From the NCBI GenBank assembly GCA_023129325.1, contig JAGMCI010000012.1, forward strand, positions 37,850 through 101,849: a stretch of 64,000 bases of DNA, written 5' to 3'. This DNA comes from a candidate division WOR-3 bacterium (GTDB lineage Bacteria > Hydrothermota > UBA3073 > JACQXS01 > JAGMCI01). Below the pieces are notes generated by a model. It searched no databases, was not told the origin of the DNA, and worked only from the letters and a program-made list of their open reading frames with translations. A program made the translations under genes and the position numbers. Positions 27,993 through 37,035 of this stretch are shown here, one piece after another; within the stretch, counting starts at the first letter, position 1, and every line of letters begins with the position of its first letter.

Positions 27993-29497
27993 ATATCTTA
28001 ATGCTTAATCCACCGTTTTCTGGGATGAAGGGAAGGTTTTCAAGGGAACAGAGAAGTCCGGCAATTACTAAGAGTGGAACTTTATATTATCCTATGTGGT
28101 TAGCTTACGCTACAGGAGTATTAGAAAAAGAAGGATTCTCTGTTAAACTTGTTGATGCTCCCGCAAATGGACTTGAAATAAATGATGTAATTGAAATTGT
28201 TAAAGATTTTAAACCCTCGCTTATTGTGATTGATACCTCAACTCCAAGTATATATAATGATATTAAAATAGCAGAAAAACTGAAAGATATTCAACTCACA
28301 ACTCACAACTCACAACTCACAACTGTCCTTGTGGGTCCACATGTTTCTGCTACTGCCGATGAGACTTTAAAATTAAGTTCTCAAATTGATATTGTATGTA
28401 AAGGAGAATACGATTATACAATTAGAGAAATAGCAAGGAAAATTAAAAATCATCCCGCACTTATGCATAAGTGCGGGGTTGATAATATTAAAGGAATAAG
28501 CTGGCAAAAAGATGGTAAAATTATACATAACCCAGATAGGCCATTTATTGAGAACTTGGATGAAATACCATTTGTCTCCAAAGTATATAAAAAACATCTT
28601 GATTACACAAAATACTTTTATGCTCACTCCCAATATCCAATTGTAACAGTAGTTGGTGGGCGTGGCTGTCCACATAAATGTGTTTATTGTGTTTACCCTC
28701 AGACTTTTAGTGGTAGAAAATTGAGATACAGAAGTATTAAAAATGTAGTAGATGAAATGGAATATATTACTAAAGAATTTAAGGGAGTAAGAGAAATTAT
28801 GTTTGAAGACGATACTTTGACTGTAAATCGTGCAAGGTGTAAAGAATTTTGCAAAGAACTCCTTTCAAAGAATCTAAAGATAAGATGGTCCTGTAATTCA
28901 AGAGCAGATGTAGATTTTGAAACCCTTAAACTGATGAACCTTGCTGGTTGCAGGTTATTTTGTGTTGGCTTTGAGTCAGGTAATCAGCAAATTCTTGATA
29001 ATATGAAAAAGGGCATAAAACTTGAAACAATGAGACAATTTGTAAAAGACACAAAAAAAGTTGGAATACTTATTCATGGTTGTTTTTTAGTTGGAAATCC
29101 AGGTGAAACTAAAGAGACTATGGCACAAACTTTGAAATTTGCTAAAGAATTAAATCCTGATACTGCTCAATTTTTCCCTATAATGGTATACCCTGGAACA
29201 GAATTATATAAATGGACAAAGGAAAAAAACTATCTTGCAACTGAAGATTATTCTAAATGGCTTACCCCAGAGGGACTTCATAATTGTGTAGTTAATTTAC
29301 CAAACTTAAGTAGTAAAGAAATGGTAGAATTTTGCGCCCGAGCAAGAAAAGAATTTTATATGAGACCCTCTTATATCACAAAAAAGCTATCTCAAGCTCT
29401 AAAAAATCCAATGGAGGGTAAGAGAATTTCCAAATCATTTATAGTATTTGCAAAACATCTCATTCAAGGAAGTAAAAAAAGGAAAACAAAAAGATGA
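27989..29497 (+). CDS. B12-binding-domain radical SAM protein. It contains an in-frame 9-bp microsatellite at 28292-28325.
   Basis: N-terminal cobalamin-binding-like domain. CPHKCVYC (CxxxCxxC) radical-SAM cluster motif. The microsatellite encodes IQLTTHNSQLTTV. Confidence 0.75.
   Translation: MNILMLNPPFSGMKGRFSREQRSPAITKSGTLYYPMWLAYATGVLEKEGFSVKLVDAPANGLEINDVIEIVKDFKPSLIVIDTSTPSIYNDIKIAEKLKDIQLTTHNSQLTTVLVGPHVSATADETLKLSSQIDIVCKGEYDYTIREIARKIKNHPALMHKCGVDNIKGISWQKDGKIIHNPDRPFIENLDEIPFVSKVYKKHLDYTKYFYAHSQYPIVTVVGGRGCPHKCVYCVYPQTFSGRKLRYRSIKNVVDEMEYITKEFKGVREIMFEDDTLTVNRARCKEFCKELLSKNLKIRWSCNSRADVDFETLKLMNLAGCRLFCVGFESGNQQILDNMKKGIKLETMRQFVKDTKKVGILIHGCFLVGNPGETKETMAQTLKFAKELNPDTAQFFPIMVYPGTELYKWTKEKNYLATEDYSKWLTPEGLHNCVVNLPNLSSKEMVEFCARARKEFYMRPSYITKKLSQALKNPMEGKRISKSFIVFAKHLIQGSKKRKTKR
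28292..28325 (+). repeat. Tandem 9-bp microsatellite (CAACTCACA)x3.7 inside the radical-SAM CDS.
   Basis: Read directly: caactcacaactcacaactcacaactcacaactg. It is in-frame because the unit is 9 bp. Confidence 0.9.
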
Positions 29498-29645
29498 AAA
29501 ATAGCACACATCACTTCGTCGGAGCTTCAGCGAGGCGAAGATTTGCACAAATTGATAAGGATAAACACAGATTATTAAAAAATGGAAGGGAAATCTTTGA
29601 AAAACAATCAGAAGAATCTGCGTTAATCTGCGTCAAAAAAACCAT

Positions 29646-30881
29646 ATGAAGATACTCTTCTTTTTATCTCTTGGAATTTTGTTATATGTATATTTTGGTT
29701 ATCCCTTACTTCTGCTTATTCTTTCTAAAATAAAGAAACCGCACAACCGCAGCACTGCACAACTGCAATCTTTCCCTTCAGTTTCCCTTATCATACCTGC
29801 TTACAACGAGGAAGAAATAATAGAGGAAAAAATTAAAAATAGTTTCTCACTTGACTACCCCGGAAAAGTTGAGATAATCCTTTCTTCTGATGGTTCAACA
29901 GACAAAACAGTAGAGATTACTTCAAAATTCAAGAAAGTAAAAATAAACGATTTTAAAGAAAGAAAAGGGAAAATGGCAACATTAAATAGGACGCTTCGTG
30001 GCAGCTATGAAGGAACGAAAGCACCAACAGGTGAAATTATTATTTTCACTGATGCAAATGCTATGTTTGAAAAAGATGCTTTAAAAAACCTCATCCGTAA
30101 TTTTGCCGATAAAAGCATTGGCTGTGTGTGCGGGGCAAAACGAATAAAGAAAGAGAACCTCCCTGCCCGCCGCTCCGCTTTGGCAGGCGGGTGCTCTCAT
30201 TTGGTAGGCGGGTGTGAAAAAACTTACTGGAAAATGGAGAACTTCTTAAAAGAAAAGGAAAGTGAAATTGGTTCCTGCATTGCAGATGGCTCAATATATG
30301 CTTTGAGGAAAGAACTTTACCCTTTTCCAAGAGAGGATAAAATTATTATGGATGATTTTGCTATCTCTCTGGGAATAATAAATAAAAATTACAGAGTTGT
30401 TTTTGAGCCTAAGGCAGTGGCATATGAGAGTGCATCTTTAAACACTTTTGCTGAATTTAAAAGAAAGGTGCGAATCCTGGAGGGAGCACTTGCGACAATA
30501 CTTTCTTGTCCAATAAAGCGAGTTGGTTTCCAAATTGTATCCCACAAAATATTACGCTGGCTTGGAGGTATATTTATGATTACCCTGTTAATTTCAAACC
30601 TGTTTATTGCCTGCCCGACATCTGGTAGGCGGGAAAGTATCTCCTATCAAGTATTTTTGATGGTGCAAATGTGTTTTTATTTATTCGCATTAGTTGGTTT
30701 TGGAGCAACTGCTATAACTGTAGCCATCCCGATTTCATCGGGACGGAAACACAAAATATTCTCTCTGTTTTATTCGCCATTTTATTTTTGCTTGACAAAT
30801 TTAGCTCAAGTGATAGGATTTCTTAAATATATAGTAGGAAGTAAACAACCATTTTGGGAAAGAGCAGAAAGAATCCGTTAG
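29646..30881 (+). CDS. Membrane glycosyltransferase family 2. It carries two in-frame GC-rich element insertions.
   Basis: SLIIPAYNEEEII...SSDGSTD GT2 motifs and C-terminal TM helices. Inserts at 30160-30213 (PARRSALAGGCSHLVGGC) and 30610-30633 (ACPTSGRRES). Confidence 0.65.
   Translation: MKILFFLSLGILLYVYFGYPLLLLILSKIKKPHNRSTAQLQSFPSVSLIIPAYNEEEIIEEKIKNSFSLDYPGKVEIILSSDGSTDKTVEITSKFKKVKINDFKERKGKMATLNRTLRGSYEGTKAPTGEIIIFTDANAMFEKDALKNLIRNFADKSIGCVCGAKRIKKENLPARRSALAGGCSHLVGGCEKTYWKMENFLKEKESEIGSCIADGSIYALRKELYPFPREDKIIMDDFAISLGIINKNYRVVFEPKAVAYESASLNTFAEFKRKVRILEGALATILSCPIKRVGFQIVSHKILRWLGGIFMITLLISNLFIACPTSGRRESISYQVFLMVQMCFYLFALVGFGATAITVAIPISSGRKHKIFSLFYSPFYFCLTNLAQVIGFLKYIVGSKQPFWERAERIR
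30160..30213 (+). repeat. GC-rich short element, family E (CCTGCCCG…GGCAGGCGGG / TTGGTAGGCGGG), in-frame in the GT2 gene.
   Basis: Related short copies at 2976-3003, 5356-5380, 20766-20789 and 30610-30633. All share CCTGCCCGAC-N(8-10)-AGGCGGG. Confidence 0.75.
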
Positions 30882-30889
30882 CTAACGGG

Positions 30890-32287
30890 ATGAAGAGAAA
30901 AAGTGATATTATATTTTTTCTTGTGCCAATTGTTTTGGATGCGGCTCTCATTATGCTCGCTTTTAATCTTTCCTATTGGATAAGATTTTACTCAGGGCTG
31001 ATACCAATAACTAAAGGAATACCCGTAATAAGACCTTACTTGTTGCTTTCAGGATTTGCCGCCATAGTGTGGATTATTGTTTTTTACATCTCAGGATTCT
31101 ATGACATAAAAAAGACTCCAGCATTAGCAGATGAGATTTATCAAATTTTGAGAGGAATAGTTATAGGAATAGTAATTGTCCTTCTGCCTACTTTCTTTTA
31201 TAGGGAGTTCACATTTTCACGAATTACTATCTTACTTGCTTATGTTTTAGGAGCAGGATTAACTGTACTGGGGAAAATGAGTATTAGAATGCTAAAAATT
31301 GCTTTATACCACAGGGGAATAGGAATCCATAATGCTTGTATAGTGGGCGGTGGCGAATCAGCAAAGGAAGTACTGAAAAAATTTAGTCAAAATCCGGTCG
31401 CTGGATATAAATTGGTCGGACAAATTATAGAAAAAGAAAGAAATACAGTAGTGCATTTATTGCCTGTGCTTGGTAAACTTTATCAATTACGAGAAATAAT
31501 CAAACTACATAAAATAGATACTCTTATTTTAACATTTTCTTTATCTGAACACAAAAAAATAGCAAAAATACTCATTAAATGTAATGGTTTACCTGTGGAT
31601 TTAAGATTTGTTCCTGACCCATATGAATTGCTTACATCAAGAATTGGATATTACGAACTCGATGGCTTTACACTCCTTGGCTTAAAAGAATTCCCTTTAA
31701 CACATTGGAATGCTTTATTAAAAAGCATATTTGACATCGTAATAACAAGTATTTTGCTTATACTCTGCTTGCCAATTATTATAATCAGTTCAATATTTGT
31801 AAAGCTTTCCTCTAAGGGCCCTCTATTTTATCATCAGGAAAGAGTTGGAAGAGACGGAAATAAGTTTAATATAATTAAATTTAGAACTATGAAGGTTAAT
31901 GCAGAAGCTTCAACAGGACCTATTTTTGCTACTGCTAATGACTCAAGAATTACAAGATTCGGGAGAAAGCTTCGTAGATGGAGCATTGATGAAATTCCAC
32001 AGCTAATTAATGTCCTTAAAGGAAATATGAGTCTTGTTGGACCAAGACCAGAGCGTCCAGAGTTTGTAAAGAAATTCAGTAGTGAAATATCACGTTATCT
32101 GGAACGACATAGAGTAAAACCAGGCATTACAGGCTGGGCACAGGTGAATGGATTAAGAGGTGATACTTCAGTCAAAGAGAGAGTAAAGTATGACTTGTAT
32201 TACATAGAAAATTGGTCGTTTGGCTTGGATATAAAAATTTTACTACGAACATTTATTGCCACATTAAAAGGAGAAAATGCGTATTAA
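30890..32287 (+). CDS. Undecaprenyl-phosphate sugar phosphotransferase (bacterial sugar transferase, WbaP/WcaJ-like).
   Basis: N-terminal TM bundle. C-terminal KFRTM...DEIPQL...GNMSLVGPRP signature. Confidence 0.85.
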   Translation: MKRKSDIIFFLVPIVLDAALIMLAFNLSYWIRFYSGLIPITKGIPVIRPYLLLSGFAAIVWIIVFYISGFYDIKKTPALADEIYQILRGIVIGIVIVLLPTFFYREFTFSRITILLAYVLGAGLTVLGKMSIRMLKIALYHRGIGIHNACIVGGGESAKEVLKKFSQNPVAGYKLVGQIIEKERNTVVHLLPVLGKLYQLREIIKLHKIDTLILTFSLSEHKKIAKILIKCNGLPVDLRFVPDPYELLTSRIGYYELDGFTLLGLKEFPLTHWNALLKSIFDIVITSILLILCLPIIIISSIFVKLSSKGPLFYHQERVGRDGNKFNIIKFRTMKVNAEASTGPIFATANDSRITRFGRKLRRWSIDEIPQLINVLKGNMSLVGPRPERPEFVKKFSSEISRYLERHRVKPGITGWAQVNGLRGDTSVKERVKYDLYYIENWSFGLDIKILLRTFIATLKGENAY

Positions 32288-33821
32288 AGTAATAATTTTA
32301 ACTATTTTCCTTTCAACTTCACTTTGTTTTACACAAACACTTTATAATTTTGAAGATGAATTGGACCCGAGACGATTAAATTGGGTATATGTATCACTCG
32401 AAAGACTGAGTGTAAAATGTGGTATCCAGCTTCCGACAGCCTTCCCATATTCAAAAGATGAGATAATTACTATATTAAATAAACTTAAGCCACATCTTAA
32501 AGATGAGTATGATTTTACATTAATTAATGCTATTGAAAAAGAAATAAAAAAGGAGAGAAAAGGATTTTCTTTTGAGGGTCATGAAAAAAGCATTTTTATG
32601 GGCACAGATATTGGGAGCAGGAGTTGGTTAGACTCAAGAAAAAATTACGAGCTTTTATCATTAGTCACTTTTTGGCTTGCTCGTGATTTTGGAACCATGT
32701 CTTCAGGATATACTGATTTAACATTTTTTAACGAACAGAAAAATCTGAAAGACACTATTCCTTATTATGACCCAGTAATAGAACCCAACTTTATTTTGTA
32801 TAATTGGGAAGGTGAAGATGCTCCAGTACTTGGAACAAAGAAATATTTTGAAGTAAAAGTTGATAAAGCTTATGGTATATTTAATTTATCTTGGGGCAGA
32901 ATTGAGATAGGAAGAGATAAAGTTCGATGGGGACCAGGTTATAGAAGTGCATTGTTCTTATCAGGCTTTTCCCTTCCTTTTGATTACTTATACAATATAA
33001 AATCAAAAATAGGAAACATCAATCTTTATGTCTTTAATGCAAGTATTCAAGACCCCCTTGAATTAAAACGCATTGCGGCACAAAGGATAGAAATTTGTTT
33101 GGGTGAAAAATTAAGAATTGGATTTACAGAAGGTGTTTTACATACAAAAAATCAGTTACTAAAGTATTTCAATCCATTTAATGTTTACTTTACTATAGAG
33201 AGACATGGCATATCTCCCGGAAATGATAATTTAGTGCTCGATTTTGATTTCAGTATAGTCCCCTGTAAAGGTGTAAAGCTCTGGTTCGAATTTTTAGACG
33301 ACGATTATCTCGTCTTTTCTAAATTAGCCCAACCAAATCAATATGGATTTCTTGCTGGTTTCCTTCTAACTTTTCCTCAAACAGATTTGAGAGCCGAAGC
33401 TGTATATGTAAATCCCTGGACTTATGCACATCGGTCAGATACCACTCATTTAACTTATAACGGTATTCCACTTGGTTTTTGGGGTGGCTCGGATGTTATT
33501 GATTTCTATCTGGAACTTATAAGGCATCTTTCTCCAAATCTTGAATTGCGTCTTAGCTATGAAAACTTTGTACACGGGGCATTGGGATTGGAAGACCGCT
33601 GGGTTGCAGCTGACACACTCAAATTCCCAAACCCAAGAAGTGTAGAAGCTCCTACTGGACGAGCAGATAGGAGAAATATATTTGGGATTGAAGTTTTGTG
33701 GCATACACAAAAATTCTCTTTGTCTGCAGGAGTGTGGGAAAGTATTATCAAAAATTATGGCAATTCAGACGAGTCATTTAACCGTCTAAGGGCAAAACTC
33801 TCATTAAATATCTTTATATGA
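32277..33821 (+). CDS. Secreted or outer-membrane protein of unknown function, possibly a Wzi-like capsule-assembly beta-barrel.
   Basis: Signal peptide MRIKVIILTIFLSTSLCF. Beta-rich, aromatic-rich sequence ending in an aromatic residue. Lies in the polysaccharide locus. Confidence 0.3.
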   Translation: MRIKVIILTIFLSTSLCFTQTLYNFEDELDPRRLNWVYVSLERLSVKCGIQLPTAFPYSKDEIITILNKLKPHLKDEYDFTLINAIEKEIKKERKGFSFEGHEKSIFMGTDIGSRSWLDSRKNYELLSLVTFWLARDFGTMSSGYTDLTFFNEQKNLKDTIPYYDPVIEPNFILYNWEGEDAPVLGTKKYFEVKVDKAYGIFNLSWGRIEIGRDKVRWGPGYRSALFLSGFSLPFDYLYNIKSKIGNINLYVFNASIQDPLELKRIAAQRIEICLGEKLRIGFTEGVLHTKNQLLKYFNPFNVYFTIERHGISPGNDNLVLDFDFSIVPCKGVKLWFEFLDDDYLVFSKLAQPNQYGFLAGFLLTFPQTDLRAEAVYVNPWTYAHRSDTTHLTYNGIPLGFWGGSDVIDFYLELIRHLSPNLELRLSYENFVHGALGLEDRWVAADTLKFPNPRSVEAPTGRADRRNIFGIEVLWHTQKFSLSAGVWESIIKNYGNSDESFNRLRAKLSLNIFI

Positions 33822-33965
33822 TGATGGTGATTCGTATAAATTCATGGTTTGATTTAACCACAGATGAACGCAGATAGACACAGATATTTTTGTTTTAATT
33901 CGTGGTTATAATTTTTGCATTTTAATATGTATTTTTAATTTTTGATATTTGATTTTTAATTTGAT

Positions 33966-34910
33966 ATGAAGTTCTTAGTTACCGGGGGGGCTGGATTTAT
34001 TGGCTCTCATTTGGTAGATAGACTTATTAGAAATGGCAATCAAGTCTCAATAATTGATAACTTATCAACTGGAAAGGAAACAAATATAAATAAAAACGCT
34101 AAATTTTATAAATTAGGAATAGAAGAAACACAAGTTGAAGAAGTATTTAAAAAAGAAAACCCAGATTGCATTTTCCATCTCGCCGCTCAATCTCAAGTTA
34201 AAAAATCTATTGATGAACCAATTTTAGACGCCACAACTAATATACTTGGAACACTAAATTTACTTGCCCTCTCCTTAAAATATTCCGCCATAGGCGGAAA
34301 GATAAAAAAATTTGTCTTCGCATCCTCTGGAGGAGTGATGTACGGAAATACTCTTAAGCCAGCTGTTGAAGAAAAAACCCCAAATCCTATCTCCCCTTAT
34401 GGAATATCAAAGCTCACAGGAGAACAATATATCAAATTTTATGGTACCCAATATGGACTATCTTACTCAATCCTGAGATACTCAAATGTCTATGGGCCAC
34501 GCCAGGACCCATATGGAGAAGCTGGTGTGGTTTCCATATTCACCAATCATATGCTTAAAAATGAAGAGTGTATACTTTATGGATTTGGAGAGCCCATTAG
34601 AGATTATATAAATGTAGTTGATGTAGTGCAAGCAAATATCCTTGCTATCTCAAGCTCAAATAATCAGATTTTAAATATTGGAACAGGAATTCCAGCTTCT
34701 GTAAATCAGCTCTTTGAATTAATGAAAATAATTACTGGTTACTCACTTAAACCTATATATCAGCCACTAAGAAAAGGAGAACTAAATAAGAATTTCCTTA
34801 ACTCAAATAAGGCTCAAAAATTGCTTGACTGGAAGCCCAAGGTAAGCTTAAAAGACGGAATTGAACAAACCATAAATTGGTTTAAAAAGAATATTGGTAG
34901 TGTAAAATAG
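33966..34910 (+). CDS. NAD-dependent epimerase/dehydratase (UDP-sugar 4-epimerase-like SDR).
   Basis: VTGGAGFIGSHLV Rossmann motif. YGISKLTGEQY (YxxxK). Confidence 0.8.
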   Translation: MKFLVTGGAGFIGSHLVDRLIRNGNQVSIIDNLSTGKETNINKNAKFYKLGIEETQVEEVFKKENPDCIFHLAAQSQVKKSIDEPILDATTNILGTLNLLALSLKYSAIGGKIKKFVFASSGGVMYGNTLKPAVEEKTPNPISPYGISKLTGEQYIKFYGTQYGLSYSILRYSNVYGPRQDPYGEAGVVSIFTNHMLKNEECILYGFGEPIRDYINVVDVVQANILAISSSNNQILNIGTGIPASVNQLFELMKIITGYSLKPIYQPLRKGELNKNFLNSNKAQKLLDWKPKVSLKDGIEQTINWFKKNIGSVK

Positions 34911-34913
34911 AAT

Positions 34914-35936
34914 ATGAAAGAATATGAAAAAGGAGGGATGATGAAAAAAATAACTGTTATTGGTGCTGGATACTGGGGCCCAAATTTAATCAGGAATTTT
35001 TACGAACTCGGCTGTCTTAAAACAGTATGTGATAAAGATGAAAAAAAACTGAATAAAATAAAGAACAAATACCCAAATGTCAAATTTACTTCTAATGTAA
35101 ATGAGGCAATCCGTCAGCCGACGGATGCAGTAGTCATAGCTACTGGAGGGGATACTCATTATGAACTTGTGAAAAAGGCATTACTCGCAAATAAGGATGT
35201 ATTCGTTGAAAAGCCTCTCACCTTATTTGCTGAACAAGCTCGTGAGTTAGTTGCATTATCAAGAAAAAAAACTCGTATACTTATGATAGGGCATCTTTTG
35301 CTTTACCACCCGGCAGTTAAAAAACTAAAAGAGTATGTGAATGACGGAACTCTTGGGAAAATATATTATGTCTATTCCCAACGTGTAAACCTTGGAAAAA
35401 TAAAAAAGGATGAAGACGCTTTATGGAGTTTTGGGCCACATGATATTTCTGTTATCTTGTATCTGGTCGACTTATTTCCTACTAAAGTTGTCGCTACAGG
35501 AGATTCATATTTGCAAACTAATATACCAGATGTCGTTTTCGTTACTCTTTATTTCCCCCAAAAAATACTTGCTCATATCCACCTTTCTTGGTTAGACCCA
35601 CATAAAATAAGAAAAACTACAGTCGTGGGGTCTAAAAAGATGGCTGTATTTGACGATATGGAAGCAACAGAAAAAATACGAGTGTATGATAAGGGAGTAG
35701 ATTATAAACCCTCTTTCAAACCTTATGGAGAAGCATTGACTCTTAGAGTTGGAGATATAGTTATTCCTAAACTTGATTCAAAAGAACCCCTGAAATCAGA
35801 ATGTCAACACTTCCTGAAATGTATAACCGAAAGAACTAATCCTTTATCAGATGGAGAAAATGGACTCCAAGTCACTAAAATCCTTGAATCAGCCCAGCAA
35901 TCACTAAGAAAAGGAGGTATGCCAGTTGAAATATAA
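34914..35936 (+). CDS. Gfo/Idh/MocA-family oxidoreductase (UDP-sugar 3-dehydrogenase-like).
   Basis: ITVIGAGYWGPN Rossmann motif and the EKPL motif. Carries an in-frame ATCCGTCAGCCGACGGAT palindrome at 35106-35124. Confidence 0.8.
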   Translation: MKEYEKGGMMKKITVIGAGYWGPNLIRNFYELGCLKTVCDKDEKKLNKIKNKYPNVKFTSNVNEAIRQPTDAVVIATGGDTHYELVKKALLANKDVFVEKPLTLFAEQARELVALSRKKTRILMIGHLLLYHPAVKKLKEYVNDGTLGKIYYVYSQRVNLGKIKKDEDALWSFGPHDISVILYLVDLFPTKVVATGDSYLQTNIPDVVFVTLYFPQKILAHIHLSWLDPHKIRKTTVVGSKKMAVFDDMEATEKIRVYDKGVDYKPSFKPYGEALTLRVGDIVIPKLDSKEPLKSECQHFLKCITERTNPLSDGENGLQVTKILESAQQSLRKGGMPVEI

Positions 35937-35959
35937 GATGAACGAACAATGCAAAATCA

Positions 35960-36010
35960 GCAGTGAAAAGTTAGCAATTATCAATGAGTAAAAAGAAATT
36001 TCCCAGAGAT
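35960..36010 (+). repeat. Duplicated fragment of the 5' end of the 23S-IVS-family gene (direct repeat of 15886-15935).
   Basis: aagttagcaattatcaatgagtaaaaagaaa(a)tttc is shared by both sites. The second copy has no intact ORF of that family; only a ~58-codon low-complexity ORF remains. Confidence 0.75.
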
Positions 36011-36156
36011 GATAGTGTGATAAAAGGAAAAAGGGGAAACAGGACAAAAGGGGGAAAATTTAATATATTTTATTCCTTTCCCTTTTCCCAATTTTTCCAC
36101 TCTGTGGTGAAGGTCGTGGTGAACCATTTTCCCTTATTTACACAAATCTGTGTCTA

Positions 36157-37026
36157 ATGAAAAAAATTTTAGCCTTTATCAGCCTCTTAAGACCTTTAAA
36201 TGGAATTATTGGAGCATCGTCTGTCTTTATTGGAGCTTGGCTAACTCATAAAAAGATTATCCCCATAGACCTTGCATTAGCTTGTATAGCTTGTTTCTTA
36301 ATAATAGGGGCTGGTAATGCTATAAATGACTATGTAGATGCTGAAATAGATATGATAAATAAACCTAAAAGACCAATCCCATCTGGTAAGGTTACAAAAC
36401 GACAGGCTCTTATTATATCTACTATACTCTTCATTCTCGCCTTGGAGATTAGTCTTAAAATATCAATTAATGTGTTCATTATTGCCCTCGTTAGTTCATT
36501 GCTTCTATTAGTTTATAATTTCAATTTAAAAAGAAAAGGAATTTCAGGTAACATTCTTGTGACTTGCCTTGGAGGAATGCCTTTTGTATACGGAGGGGTT
36601 GTTGTTAAATCATGGCTTCCCACACTTATTCCTTTCTCATTTGCCTTTTTATTACATCTTAGTAGAGAAATACTAAAGGATATTATTGATATTAAAGGGG
36701 ACAAAGTTATAAAAAGCATATCTTTCCCAATTAAACACGGAATAAAAAAATCTATCAACTTAACAATTTTAGTTTTATCTGTCCTCATATTGCTTACACC
36801 AATGCCTTTTATCTTCCATTTATACGGAATGCCTTATCTCATTGCCGTCTTAATTTGTATAGACCTGACACTTGGTCTTATAATTTATAAACTATTACGC
36901 CCAGTGGCACTCCGTCAGCTGACGGAGTGGACAGGCGAGGATAAATCCTTTATTCCAAAAGCCTGTAACCTGCTCAAATTTAATATGGTTATCGGGCTTG
37001 GAGTTTTGGCATTAGGTTATTATTAG
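36157..37026 (+). CDS. UbiA-family prenyltransferase. It has a GC-rich palindrome insertion near the C-terminus.
   Basis: NAINDYVDAEIDMINKPKRPIPSG Asp-rich UbiA motif. 8-9 TM helices. Insert 36908-36929 (CACTCCGTCAGCTGACGGAGTG) encodes LRQLTEW. Confidence 0.7.
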   Translation: MKKILAFISLLRPLNGIIGASSVFIGAWLTHKKIIPIDLALACIACFLIIGAGNAINDYVDAEIDMINKPKRPIPSGKVTKRQALIISTILFILALEISLKISINVFIIALVSSLLLLVYNFNLKRKGISGNILVTCLGGMPFVYGGVVVKSWLPTLIPFSFAFLLHLSREILKDIIDIKGDKVIKSISFPIKHGIKKSINLTILVLSVLILLTPMPFIFHLYGMPYLIAVLICIDLTLGLIIYKLLRPVALRQLTEWTGEDKSFIPKACNLLKFNMVIGLGVLALGYY

Positions 37027-37035
37027 GAGGAAAAG

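Noticed and set aside
28292-28325. CRISPR-like short repeats
   Set aside because: Only a 9-bp microsatellite without spacers. No repeat-spacer architecture anywhere in the window and no cas genes.
35968-36145. ~58-codon ORF starting MSKKKFPRDD…
   Set aside because: It starts with the duplicated 5' fragment of the IVS-family gene, then runs through low-complexity G/K/F-rich sequence. It is most likely a recombination remnant and not a gene.
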